Shown in pieces: positions 1 through 8,964 of a stretch of 32,000 bases of DNA. Both the position numbers and the translations under genes were made by a program. This DNA is from Acaryochloris thomasi RCC1774 (GTDB lineage Bacteria > Cyanobacteriota > Cyanobacteriia > Thermosynechococcales > Thermosynechococcaceae). Each line of letters begins with the position of its first letter. Position 1 is the first letter of the stretch. The stretch lies in contig NZ_PQWO01000005.1 in NCBI RefSeq assembly GCF_003231495.1, forward strand, positions 180,001 through 212,000. Reading direction: 5' to 3'. The notes beneath the pieces were generated by a model. That model was not told the DNA's origin and made no database searches. It was given only the letters and a program-made list of their open reading frames with translations.

Positions 1-1558
1 TCGCTTGCTGCTGCTTGAGGGCTGATTCTGCCTGTACATATTCAGCAAGCTGCTCTTCAATCTGGGATCGCACCAACTGCCGATACTCTAAGAAGTGCTC
101 ACCCAGGGCGCAGATTGTCAGATAGAGCTGCCAATTTTTGGGCTTCAGCCGCATCATGTTGAATAGATAGGGCCAGAACTTCCAGCGGGTTTTACGCAGG
201 ACGCCCTGTCGCCAGCAGATGGTAGCAATGGCTTTGATTGTCACTAGGTCGGGCTTGCGTGAGGCCGTCTTATGTCCTGGCTCGCCCAAGATTTTGAACT
301 GACGGTAGACGCGGTCGAGATATTTTTCTGGATCGTAAAGTTCCCAGAAGGCGCGCACGTACTCATCGGCAATCGTTTCAACCGGGCGAGTGGGAATGAA
401 GTTCATCAGCTTCGTCTGGTTGCCGGTGCCCTCGTCATCGATCAGCCGGTTCTCTTTGGCGAGCCGCAGGGATAGGGCCGTGTTGGGGAGCGCCTGCAGC
501 ATACTGAACATCGCCAGACTAATAGAGGTCTCTTCAACAAACTGAATGATGCGATCGCCTGCTCCGGTTTTCTCGCCATCAAAGCCAATAATGAAGCCTG
601 CCGTCACCCGCAACCCTCGGCTCATGATCGTGTGCACTGATTCTGAGAGCGGATCGCGATTGTTTTGAAACTTCTGCGTCAGAGCCAAGCTGCTGGCGTC
701 AGGGGTCTCAATACCTAAGAAGACAGCATTAAAGTTACATTCCACCATCAGGTCAATGAAGTCAGTATCCTGGGCGAGATCCACTGAGGCTTCTGTGTTG
801 AGGGTGAACGGATAGTTGTATTCAATCATCCATTCTTTGAGGGCGTTGAGCATCAACCGCACGTTGCGCTTGTTGCCAATAAAGTTGTCGTCCACCAGGA
901 AGATACTGCGTCGCCAGCCCAGGTCGTAGAGGCACTGCAGTTCGGCGATTAGCTGCTCCGGCGTTTTCGTGCGCGGCTTGCGGCCGTAGAGCACAATAAT
1001 GTCGCAGAACTCACACTGAAACGGGCATCCGCGTGAGAACTGCACCGACATATTGTCGTAGGCGTCCATCTCCAGCAGGTCGAAGCGGGGGACGGGCGTG
1101 GTGGTCACGTCGGGTTTGACGTCTTCTGAGCGGATAATCCCGCTGGTTTCGCCCCGTTCGAGGGCTTCGACGAACAGCGGCAGCGTGATTTCGCCTTCGT
1201 CTAAGACTAGGAAATCTGCGCCAGTGGCCTCGGCTAATTTAGGGAGAGATGTGGCGTGGGGACCGCCAACGGCCACGATCTTTCCGCGCCGTTTCGCTTC
1301 TTTTATTTGGGCGGCAAAATCTTCTTGCTGCACAATCATGGCCGAGAGGATCACCAGCTCAGACCAATTCCATTCTTCTTCGGTGACCTCACGGACGTTG
1401 CGGTCCACCAGCTTGAATTCCCACTCTTGGGGCAGGATGGCCGCGACGGTGACTAGACCCAAGGGCGGCAGGAGTGCTTTGCGACCCACCAAGTTCAGGG
1501 CCTGGTCAAAGGACCAAAAACTTTGAGGGAATTCGGGGTAAACGAGTAAAACACGCAT
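1..1558 (-). CDS. B12-binding-domain radical SAM protein (DUF4070-like C-terminal region); C-terminus lies beyond the window edge
   Basis: Hand translation of the minus strand from ATG (1558-1556) gives MRVLLVYPEFPQSFWSFDQALNLVGRKALLPPLGLVTVAAILP... with no stop down to position 1. It contains the radical SAM cluster motif SRGCPFQCEFCDI (CxxxCxxC). The N-terminal architecture is typical of B12-binding radical SAM enzymes. The ORF track omits it because it has no stop in the window. The plus-strand ORFs 272..475 and 1098..1526 are antisense shadows of it. Confidence 0.85.
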   Translation of the reverse strand, partial: MRVLLVYPEFPQSFWSFDQALNLVGRKALLPPLGLVTVAAILPQEWEFKLVDRNVREVTEEEWNWSELVILSAMIVQQEDFAAQIKEAKRRGKIVAVGGPHATSLPKLAEATGADFLVLDEGEITLPLFVEALERGETSGIIRSEDVKPDVTTTPVPRFDLLEMDAYDNMSVQFSRGCPFQCEFCDIIVLYGRKPRTKTPEQLIAELQCLYDLGWRRSIFLVDDNFIGNKRNVRLMLNALKEWMIEYNYPFTLNTEASVDLAQDTDFIDLMVECNFNAVFLGIETPDASSLALTQKFQNNRDPLSESVHTIMSRGLRVTAGFIIGFDGEKTGAGDRIIQFVEETSISLAMFSMLQALPNTALSLRLAKENRLIDDEGTGNQTKLMNFIPTRPVETIADEYVRAFWELYDPEKYLDRVYRQFKILGEPGHKTASRKPDLVTIKAIATICWRQGVLRKTRWKFWPYLFNMMRLKPKNWQLYLTICALGEHFLEYRQLVRSQIEEQLAEYVQAESALKQQQA

Positions 1559-1644
1559 GGCACGCCTATCTTAAGAAGTGTTGAGCTTGTCACCCAACAC
1601 TACCCCATATTCGCAAGATTGGTCTATTTTTATAGATCAAATCT

Positions 1645-2835
1645 TCAAGGTGTGCTGTCGTTTTGAATATCAAAGCCAACGTCAAGCGATTGCAGAATCT
1701 CGGTCATGCAGGTGGATGCAGCCGTTTGTTCTGCTGTCGATTGAACGATAAGCTGCATGTTTTGATTCAGTTGTTTTAAGGCTTGGCTGAGCTGTTCTAG
1801 GGCTGCTCTGGTTTGTGTTGCGGGTTGAGTGGTTGCGATCGCAACTTGTACCCCTTCTGCCAGAGCCGTGACCACAAGATTAGTTTTTTTCTGCATCGGC
1901 TGGACAATTTGCTCCACCGCCGTTCCGATTTTGGCCGTATGGTTGGCTAGCTGGCGCAGATCGTTCGCCACCGTCGTAAACTCTGCCCCACGGGTTCCCA
2001 TGCGGGAGACCTCAATACTGGCATTCAGGGCAATAACATTCGTGCGAGAGACCAGTTGATTCACCAGCTTCATGACCTTCGACATTTGCTGAGCGCTTTC
2101 CCCTAAGCGTTTAGCTGTGCGGGCACCCTCAGCAACGGCTGCCTGAATCTGTGTCAAATCAGCCACCGTTTCCTGCACGGATGCTGTGCTTGAAATCGCC
2201 ATCGTTAGCGACTGCTCTGCAAGATGATAGGCCTCTTGGGTTGCCGCTGTTGCATCGTGAATCGATTGAGTGCAGGTTTGGAGCGTGAGTAGAATGACAC
2301 TTAAGGCTTCTGTCTGGTTGCCGTGACTGGGCTGCACAACAGACAGATCTGGGAGGGGCTGAGGGAGCTCAGAGAGGCGGGCGACTAGGCCCTGTTTTAG
2401 ATCGAGAGTCTCATGCCAGTAATGGGGGTCGTGCGCTTGAACCTGCTGTCGAAACTGCAGCAGCCGGTCGATGCTTTCCGCTGTTTCGCCTGCTGCCTGC
2501 GGCTCCTGATCTCCAGCGATCAGGCAAGCAATCACGGGCATCCCCTGGGCAACTGCGTAGTCATACTCAAAATGAACATCGCTTTTGTCCATCTCAGGCT
2601 CAAGGTCACCATAGCGATGACCCAAGATCAAAACGTATACGTCGGACTGATCAATCCACTGCTCAATGATCGGCCGTGGGAAAAGCTGCTCCCCCGGGAT
2701 TTGGAACTGACCGGCACCCGCTGGTTGATGGCCGCAGCTAAGAATTGCTGCAATCGCTGCGCTGTGTTCGGCTTTCAAATCTACGAAGGTAGAAGAGATG
2801 AAGACCTGAAGCCCTTTAGAGAAGGAATTAAGCAT
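1645..2835 (-). CDS. Soluble fusion protein: DUF4062-like N-terminal domain plus methyl-accepting chemotaxis protein (MCP) signalling domain
   Basis: 396-aa ORF. The N-terminus (LQVFISSTFVDLKAEHSAAIAAIL...SDVYVLILGHRYG...FEYDYAVAQGMPVIA) fits the DUF4062 pattern. The C-terminal part (RTNVIALNASIEVSRMGTRGAEFTTVANDLRQLA) aligns to the conserved MCP hairpin consensus (QTNLLALNAAIEAARAGExGRGFAVVAxEVRxLA). I saw no 20-residue hydrophobic stretch and no HAMP-like segment. Confidence 0.7.
   Translation of the reverse strand: MLNSFSKGLQVFISSTFVDLKAEHSAAIAAILSCGHQPAGAGQFQIPGEQLFPRPIIEQWIDQSDVYVLILGHRYGDLEPEMDKSDVHFEYDYAVAQGMPVIACLIAGDQEPQAAGETAESIDRLLQFRQQVQAHDPHYWHETLDLKQGLVARLSELPQPLPDLSVVQPSHGNQTEALSVILLTLQTCTQSIHDATAATQEAYHLAEQSLTMAISSTASVQETVADLTQIQAAVAEGARTAKRLGESAQQMSKVMKLVNQLVSRTNVIALNASIEVSRMGTRGAEFTTVANDLRQLANHTAKIGTAVEQIVQPMQKKTNLVVTALAEGVQVAIATTQPATQTRAALEQLSQALKQLNQNMQLIVQSTAEQTAASTCMTEILQSLDVGFDIQNDSTP
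1832..1845. repeat. Extended HIP1 palindrome GTTGCGATCGCAAC (example of a dispersed repeat)
   Basis: The identical 14-mer also occurs at 8854..8867 and 26944..26957. Core GCGATCGC copies occur at 551..558, 3974..3981 and many other sites. HIP1 over-representation is characteristic of many cyanobacterial genomes. Confidence 0.9.
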
Positions 2836-2996
2836 TGTCGGCAGTACAGCAGTGTCGAACCCCCTAGACCAAAGTGTCTAGAGGCATGATGAGATAGTCA
2901 AGAGCAAAGGAGGCAAAACCCAGCAAACTCACTCTCAATAGTCTGATAGGGCGTTCTTTATAGCCCGGATCTCATAAATACTGTTCCCCGCGCACA

Positions 2997-3028
2997 GATG
3001 CACCCCTCAATCGATGCACCCTTCAATA
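2997..3028. repeat. Tandem 16-bp direct repeat (GATGCACCCCTCAATC / GATGCACCCTTCAATA) in the upstream region of the DUF4062-MCP gene
   Basis: Read directly from the sequence. There are two adjacent units with 14/16 identity, 160-190 bp upstream of the start at 2835. Confidence 0.6.
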
Positions 3029-3141
3029 ATAGTGCGATTGTTTATTAATCGCCGACTTAAAATTGCAGATAGGTCTATCGTTTATTTGCTTAGAGGGGTA
3101 AATGATGCTTGTATTGTGCTGGCAACTTGTGTCTGAAACGC

Positions 3142-3630
3142 TCAGCTTTCGGACTGACCAAAAACCTGGGGCTTGAGTGCGCAGATTAAGTCGTGACGGG
3201 TCAGAATACCGATCAAAGCCTGTGTCTGATCAAGCACGGGCAAACGATTTACCTTTTTATCGCGCATGATCTGAGCGGCGTCAACCAGTGAGGTTTCAGG
3301 GGTTGTAGTGACGGGTTTAGCGGTCATTACGTCCTGAACTAGCATGCCCAATGACTTCTTAATCTGCTCGTGGAAATGTGAGGGTGATTCAAAGTAGATG
3401 ATGCTGCCTAAAAATGTGAAGTGTAGGGGTGGCTGTAGCGGAGATTCACGGATCAGAAGATCGGCCTCAGTCACCACGCCAACGACATAGTTTTGATCGT
3501 CAACGACGGGCAGTCCACTAATCCGATGCTTTTCAAGGAGCTGGATTACTGTTTCGATCAAATCCAATGGTTTGACCGCAATCGGATCTGTCGTCATACA
3601 CTCTTGAACAGTGGGAGAAGAATTGCTCAT
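3142..3630 (-). CDS. CBS-domain pair protein
   Basis: 162 aa with two CBS-like modules (CMTTDPIAVKP...ISGLPVVDDQNYVVGVVTEADLL and VMTAKPVTTTPETSLVDAAQIM...VNRLPVLD...LIGILTRHDLI). Confidence 0.85.
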   Translation of the reverse strand: MSNSSPTVQECMTTDPIAVKPLDLIETVIQLLEKHRISGLPVVDDQNYVVGVVTEADLLIRESPLQPPLHFTFLGSIIYFESPSHFHEQIKKSLGMLVQDVMTAKPVTTTPETSLVDAAQIMRDKKVNRLPVLDQTQALIGILTRHDLICALKPQVFGQSES

Positions 3631-3660
3631 GGGTTCTTAATCGATGGGTAGACGATAGGG

Positions 3661-4029
3661 TTAACCCCAGTCAGGTCTCAACCCTTTTGCTTGATGGAGG
3701 TAGACGTGATGGACTTTGAGGGCAGGGTCGAGGGTGTTGAACTGGATCAGACAGCGAATGCACTTGGGTAAACCTTGCTTGACATACATTTGCTGGACGT
3801 CTAGCAAAGGAATATTTTCCCAGCCAGGACGGTGGCGAGCAGTGGCGGCGGGAAAAATCTGTCTCAGATCGTGCGTGACTGAAAAGATGACGCTCACAAC
3901 ATCTGGCAAATACAAAACATCGTGATTCCTGGCTTCGATGATGTCGAGCAATTCGTAAGTAGCCTCTTGAATTGCGATCGCAGAATCATCGGTTGCTGTG
4001 GTTGCTCCACGTATCGCTCGCACCGTCAC
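3661..4029 (-). CDS. aroH: Monofunctional chorismate mutase, AroH class
   Basis: 122 aa. The N-terminal MTVRAIRGATT motif and the overall length are typical of AroH-type chorismate mutases. Confidence 0.85.
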   Translation of the reverse strand: MTVRAIRGATTATDDSAIAIQEATYELLDIIEARNHDVLYLPDVVSVIFSVTHDLRQIFPAATARHRPGWENIPLLDVQQMYVKQGLPKCIRCLIQFNTLDPALKVHHVYLHQAKGLRPDWG

Positions 4030-4113
4030 TGCACGTCCTCCTTAGCTCAATCATGCCTCACAATACAGGCAAATTGGTTCCGTATTAGCTAATGTTGACA
4101 TCAAGATGCAGGT

Positions 4114-4941
4114 CTAGGGGCGATAAAGCCACAGCGGCAGACCACTGGTTGAGACCTCAAACTCTAGCCAATTGATCGCCTGATCGGTCAAGGGCAGCCG
4201 GAACTGATTGCTCTGGTTACTAGACCGCAGCCGATTCAAGAGTGACTTGGGTGCTTCAATGTTGAATGTCTTGGTCTTCTCTGGGTCAAGACCTGCTAGC
4301 TCAGCGGTCCAGCGTCTGGCATCCTCTTCAGTGCCAAGGCGATCGACGAGACCGAGATCGACGGCCTGTTGACCGGTAAACACGCGACCATCGGCAAAGG
4401 TTCTGACGGCGTCTGGCTCTAGATTGCGGCCTTCAGCAACTGTATGTACAAACTGGCTGTAGCTGCTGTCAATCATGTCCTGCAGAATTTGCTGTTCCTG
4501 CTCTGTGATTTCGCGGTCGAAGGCCAGAATGTCTTTGTAGGGTCCAGACTTCACGACTTTGAAGGAGACCCCCACTTTATCTAATAAGCCCTCTAAATTG
4601 TTACCCCGCAGGATTACGCCAATGCTGCCGGTGATCGTGCCGGGATTCGCCATAATGTGATGGGCACCGACGCCAATGTAGACGCCGCCAGAGGCAGAGA
4701 TATTGCCAAAACTAGCAACAATTTTAGTTTTTTCACCCAGACGCTTGAGGGCGCTGTAGATTTCTTGAGAGTCGCCGACGGTGCCGCCAGGGCTGTCGAT
4801 GCGCAACAACAGGGCCGGAAATTTTTTTTCTTCTACGGTTTTGATCGCTTCCAGGACTTGATCACGGGTTTTACCTGCGATCGCACCTTTGATTTCGATC
4901 CGGGCAATTTGTTTGCGAGCAGGCTTAAAGGGCCAAATCAT
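4114..4941 (-). CDS. sppA: Signal peptide peptidase SppA, 36K type
   Basis: 275 aa with ClpP/crotonase-like SppA motifs (LLRIDSPGGTVG, NISASGGVYIG, GSIGV). Confidence 0.9.
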   Translation of the reverse strand: MIWPFKPARKQIARIEIKGAIAGKTRDQVLEAIKTVEEKKFPALLLRIDSPGGTVGDSQEIYSALKRLGEKTKIVASFGNISASGGVYIGVGAHHIMANPGTITGSIGVILRGNNLEGLLDKVGVSFKVVKSGPYKDILAFDREITEQEQQILQDMIDSSYSQFVHTVAEGRNLEPDAVRTFADGRVFTGQQAVDLGLVDRLGTEEDARRWTAELAGLDPEKTKTFNIEAPKSLLNRLRSSNQSNQFRLPLTDQAINWLEFEVSTSGLPLWLYRP

Positions 4942-5227
4942 GGGCAGTCGATGTTTACTCCGTCAATAACTGTAGCGTTCTATTCTATCTTGAGGCTTTC
5001 TGCCGATAGCGGTAGGCTCTTGGCCCTCAACCTTCTGGCTAGAATAGCGGGCTGATTGTGATCTCAGAGCCGCACCCTCTATAATTTATAACGAATGTTA
5101 CAAAATATTGAGCAATCCGCGTTTAGGATTGAGCTGTTCTTGGCCACCAGTACCTTTGTCAGGGCTAAGGTCTGAATCCCCTGTAGCTGGGGCCTTTAAA
5201 TTAAAAATCCTTCAAAATTTCTCTTCA

Positions 5228-6250
5228 ATGCAGTTAAGTTCTGTCCCACGCCCCTTTGATCGTTTGCTGCTGATTGCACCCTTCTTTTTCTGGGGAACTG
5301 CGATGGTTGCTATGAAGGGGGTGATCCCGCATACGACGCCTCTGTTCTTGGCGGGTCTGCGAATTGGTCCGGCGGGATTTCTAGTACTGGCTGTTTCGCT
5401 GTTGTTGGGGCGTTCTCAGCCGCAGGGGTGGCGAGCATGGCTGTGGATTGTGCTGTTTGCCCTTGTAGACGTGACTCTGTTTCAAGGGTTTCTGGCTTTT
5501 GGTTTGGTGCGCACCAATGCAGGTCTGGGGTCAGTGATGATTGATACTCAGCCCCTAGCGGTGGCGCTGTTGGCCCTGTGGCTCTACGGTGAGCGCATCG
5601 GTTTGTGGGGTTGGCTGGGCTTAGCTGTTGGTATTGCTGGCATTAGCTGCATTGGTCTACCAGATGAATGGATTGTGCAGTTGTTTCAGGGACACTGGTT
5701 TGACGGCTCTATAAGCTTGAGCAGCCTGCAGTGGAGCCAGATTTTTGATAGTGGTCAAGCCTTGATGCTGGTGGCGGCCCTGTCAATGGCTGTGGGCACG
5801 GTGATGATTCGCAAGGTTTGTGAATATTGCGACCCGATTAGCGCAACAGGGTGGCACATGATTCTGGGGGGGCTAACGCTGTTTTTGGGGTCGGGGCTAT
5901 GGGAGTCGAACCAGTGGACCGATCTTGATTCGGCATCTTGGTGGTTGATGGTCTATGCGGCTGTTTTTGGTAGTGCGGTAGCCTACGGTCTATTTTTCTA
6001 TTTTGCGTCTACTGGGAGTTTGACGAGCTTGAGCTCTCTGACTTTTTTGACGCCTGTGTTTGCTTTGATTTTTGGTAATTTGGCGTTGTCAGAGGTCCTA
6101 AGTCCGATTCAGTTTGGTGGAGTGTGTTTAACGCTGGTGAGTATTTATTTTGTGAATCAGCGAGATCGCCTGCCTGATTGGGAGAGGGTGAAGGGAGTTG
6201 CGATCTCACTTCCAGAATCCGTAGCGCGGCTGTGGCTGCGCGATAGTTAG
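5228..6250 (+). CDS. EamA/DMT-family transporter
   Basis: Polytopic membrane protein with about 10 hydrophobic helices in a duplicated EamA-like pattern. I prefer the ATG at 5228 (MQLSSVPRPFDRLLLIAPFFFWG...) to the TTG at 5108 in the track, because the 40-aa extension has no transporter-like character. Confidence 0.8.
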   Translation: MQLSSVPRPFDRLLLIAPFFFWGTAMVAMKGVIPHTTPLFLAGLRIGPAGFLVLAVSLLLGRSQPQGWRAWLWIVLFALVDVTLFQGFLAFGLVRTNAGLGSVMIDTQPLAVALLALWLYGERIGLWGWLGLAVGIAGISCIGLPDEWIVQLFQGHWFDGSISLSSLQWSQIFDSGQALMLVAALSMAVGTVMIRKVCEYCDPISATGWHMILGGLTLFLGSGLWESNQWTDLDSASWWLMVYAAVFGSAVAYGLFFYFASTGSLTSLSSLTFLTPVFALIFGNLALSEVLSPIQFGGVCLTLVSIYFVNQRDRLPDWERVKGVAISLPESVARLWLRDS

Positions 6251-6318
6251 CGATCCTTCCCATATCACGTTGATAGATTGCTGCTCCGCAAGGCGTCAAG
6301 ACTTAGCAAGACATACGA

Positions 6319-6918
6319 TTAGTTCACGTAAAGATCTCCCTGTAAGATTTGGTCTGCACTTAGATCTAAACTTGGAAAAGTTGCCGACTCAATAAGAGCT
6401 GTTCCTGTAAATTCAGCTGCGTCATACCAGCCCTCTTTCAGACTTAAAATGGTGACCTTTGCTTCTGTGGGATCGACGATCCAGTATTCCGCAATATCAA
6501 GGACGCTATATTCTGATCGCTTGGCCCGATAGTCGATAGATTGCGTAGACTGGCTTACCACTTCCACCACCAAAACCGGGGGTGGCTCACTCAACGTAAT
6601 AACGGCTTCACGATTCTGCAGCTTGCGCCATTGAGAGCGCAACATCACCACAACATCAGGTATTCGAACCGTATCCCAGCGACCTGCCCGAGGAGACTGT
6701 ACTCCAACCACCATCTGTTTAGAAACCCAGTCTTGCTTGTTTTCTGAAATATTAGAGCGAAACTGATTGTTTAAGAAATCTGCGATTTCGCCATGCTGAC
6801 CCAACCCCAAACTCATCGGCGTGAGTTCTCCATTAACCAGTTCGTAACGGGTATTAGTGCCATCGTCATAATTGAGATAAGCCTCAAGAGTGAGGTGTTC
6901 AACAGTGGCAAGAGTCAT
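6319..6918 (-). CDS. Uma2-family (DUF820) PD-(D/E)xK endonuclease
   Basis: 199 aa. It has the typical Uma2 N-terminus ([24 protein letters not shown]) and catalytic-like residues IPDVVV ... VVEVVS ... YRAK. Confidence 0.85.
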   Translation of the reverse strand: MTLATVEHLTLEAYLNYDDGTNTRYELVNGELTPMSLGLGQHGEIADFLNNQFRSNISENKQDWVSKQMVVGVQSPRAGRWDTVRIPDVVVMLRSQWRKLQNREAVITLSEPPPVLVVEVVSQSTQSIDYRAKRSEYSVLDIAEYWIVDPTEAKVTILSLKEGWYDAAEFTGTALIESATFPSLDLSADQILQGDLYVN

Positions 6919-6978
6919 AGCTGAGTCAGCGGTTAGGATTGCTTCAATTTTAATGGGTGCTAGCGGTCTCTTTCTCAG

Positions 6979-7941
6979 CTACCCTCTAACCAGCACTCCA
7001 GAGGAACTCTGCTCAACATCTGGAGAATTCTTAGGCTCTGGGTTAGACAGTATGATTCCCAGCCCAAATCCTAAACTGGCTATGACACTCACGCTGATCA
7101 GTGCGATCACTACCTTAGACTGCATCGAGAGTGAAGCCGTCGGTCCTGTCGTCGGTCGATTGCTTTCTGGAGCTGGTTCAGCGCTATCCCCGACGCTGCG
7201 AGGTTCCTCAGTCTTGTAGACCTCACTCAATTGGGATACGAGCCACAAAATTGGATCGGCGGTTCCCTCCGTCTTAATCGCAATATTTTGTCCTGTGGGA
7301 ACCAGGATGATAAAGGTGCTGAAGCGGCGATAAACTGTGTTAGATGCCATCAAGCGGGTGTTGAGCGATTCCCACTTTTTCTCAATTTCAGCCATTTGAT
7401 TGGTATCAGCATTGATTTGATCACATTTGGTCAAAATCAAAGAGAAGAAATAACTGATATTTTGCTGATCCGCTAGAGTGGAAATGACTTCTATTTGGTT
7501 GATTGTTTCCTCGATTTGCCCCCAGTAATCGGTGTCCCGCACAAGTGCTGCGGCATCCATAAACACACAGCATCCGTGTGAGTTCAGCATGAGAGCTTTG
7601 AAGTCTGGGTTGTCTAAGTGACAAATTTCGCCAGGGATATCGGCCCAGCGAAACTCACATAGCGTTAAGTCTCCCTGCAGCTCCCGCGACTTTACCTTAA
7701 AGGCAAGATCGGTAATCTTCATGGTTGCCGATGGATACCGGCCAGAACGCTGCATGTACTCCAGCATGTCCCGCAGGATTTGTCGAGATTTTGTATCTGC
7801 CGGTTCAAACCACTTTCCTTTGGAATGCATCAGGCGACTTTTATGCAGTTGAGCGTAGCAACCTGCCAGAAAAACGGATTTGCCGACGCCTCGATGACCA
7901 ATGCTGAGTAAGTTGAAGGTAGGTGGAGTTTTCTTAGGCAT
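6979..7941 (-). CDS. Tail-anchored P-loop GTPase-like protein (uncharacterised)
   Basis: 320 aa. Candidate motifs are G1/Walker A GHRGVGKS (aa 15-22), G3 DIPGE (aa 101-105) and G4 TKCD (aa 171-174). A Pro/Ser/Thr-rich linker follows, then a single C-terminal TM helix VVIALISVSVIASLGFGLGIIL (aa 277-298). Confidence 0.55.
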   Translation of the reverse strand: MPKKTPPTFNLLSIGHRGVGKSVFLAGCYAQLHKSRLMHSKGKWFEPADTKSRQILRDMLEYMQRSGRYPSATMKITDLAFKVKSRELQGDLTLCEFRWADIPGEICHLDNPDFKALMLNSHGCCVFMDAAALVRDTDYWGQIEETINQIEVISTLADQQNISYFFSLILTKCDQINADTNQMAEIEKKWESLNTRLMASNTVYRRFSTFIILVPTGQNIAIKTEGTADPILWLVSQLSEVYKTEEPRSVGDSAEPAPESNRPTTGPTASLSMQSKVVIALISVSVIASLGFGLGIILSNPEPKNSPDVEQSSSGVLVRG

Positions 7942-8393
7942 AGAGTAGTATTAACGATATTTCGCGTCTCGCAGAGCAAGCCTGCTTGCAGAAATTACGA
8001 AGTGCAACTGTGCAAAAGTGAAGGGGTGATAGGAAGCCTTGTCGTGAGCAATAAAAAAGAGCAACTCTTTTATGGAGAATTGGTCAATCTGCCACGATTA
8101 TTAGAGTCGGCTCATTGCCTCTATCATAAGCTCTTTTTCCAGGCTTGACTCTAAGCAATTTGGGTGAATGAATAAGGCTCTGTCTTTATCATTCATGCCT
8201 TGGGACTGTTCCTGCTGCAGATCATATTTACTGTCTAGGAAGCAGTGCCGATTTTAGAAGATCTCCAATCCAGAAGCTTCGATGGGGCAGGATCAGCTTT
8301 TATAGCAATACGCGGCTGAGTTAGGACAGCCCTTCTTTGGCGGATATGGTGTTCAGCTATTTTGATGTCCTAATCAATACGCGTACCGCTATA

Positions 8394-8681
8394 TTACTGG
8401 GCAGATTGATAGGGATCATACTCAGCCAGCAATCGCTCTAGTTTTGCTTCATCGATCCGCGACAGCATGCGCTTGGATTCGTCTACGTCTCGGATTGTTT
8501 TGGCAAGACTGACGGTTGAGCCAATGGAGAATAGAAAGCCCATGCCTAAATACCCTTTGACCCATGGGTTGACGGGTAAATAAAGGATGCCGATTCCCGT
8601 GGCGGTGATGGATAAGAAAAAAGAGATCCAGGTTTGGGTAATCCAGGCGTTGGTGTGGGTGGCGTTGACGTTCGTTTTCAT
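8394..8681 (-). CDS. YiaA/YiaB-family small inner-membrane protein
   Basis: 95 aa with two hydrophobic helices (WISFFLSITATGIGILYL, GYLGMGFLFSIGSTVSLA) followed by a charged tail. This matches the YiaAB two-helix pattern. Confidence 0.65.
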   Translation of the reverse strand: MKTNVNATHTNAWITQTWISFFLSITATGIGILYLPVNPWVKGYLGMGFLFSIGSTVSLAKTIRDVDESKRMLSRIDEAKLERLLAEYDPYQSAQ

Positions 8682-8964
8682 GGGTTTAGCTCTATTAGTG
8701 GGTATGAGATGTGGGGCTATGGCTAGATACTCGTCAATCAGGTGGTTGATGCAGCTACGGTGGGAGTGGGTTTTGGAATAGGGATATCATGTTGCTCTCC
8801 TGAACTGAACTGCAGTATGGCAAGGGTGGTGCTGAAGCGGCGATGAAGTTTGGGTTGCGATCGCAACTCTCCCCCACCCACTCCAACCATCAAGAAGTTT
8901 TTAGAAGTGGTCTGAAGTACTCCGAAGTTTCTTAAGATAGATAGGCCGTGATCACACTGCTCAG

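Noticed and set aside
272-1526. Plus-strand ORFs 272..475, 1098..1526 and 1256..1456
   Set aside because: They lie antisense within the long uninterrupted minus-strand radical SAM reading frame, which has clear catalytic motifs. Their translations are low-complexity and have no motifs.
2413-2889. Plus-strand 158-aa ORF, and the ORF at 1829..2059
   Set aside because: Both are antisense shadows of the DUF4062-MCP gene. The minus-strand frame carries recognisable domain motifs and these do not.
5108-5227. TTG-initiated 40-aa N-terminal extension of the first EamA transporter
   Set aside because: The extension is non-hydrophobic and not transporter-like. An ATG at 5228 sits immediately before the first TM helix.
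6655-6675. tRNA T-arm-like string (GGTATTCGAACCG)
   Set aside because: It is embedded in the Uma2 coding frame, and there is no flanking acceptor, D-arm or anticodon-arm complementarity. I saw no tRNA-like cloverleaf anywhere in the window.
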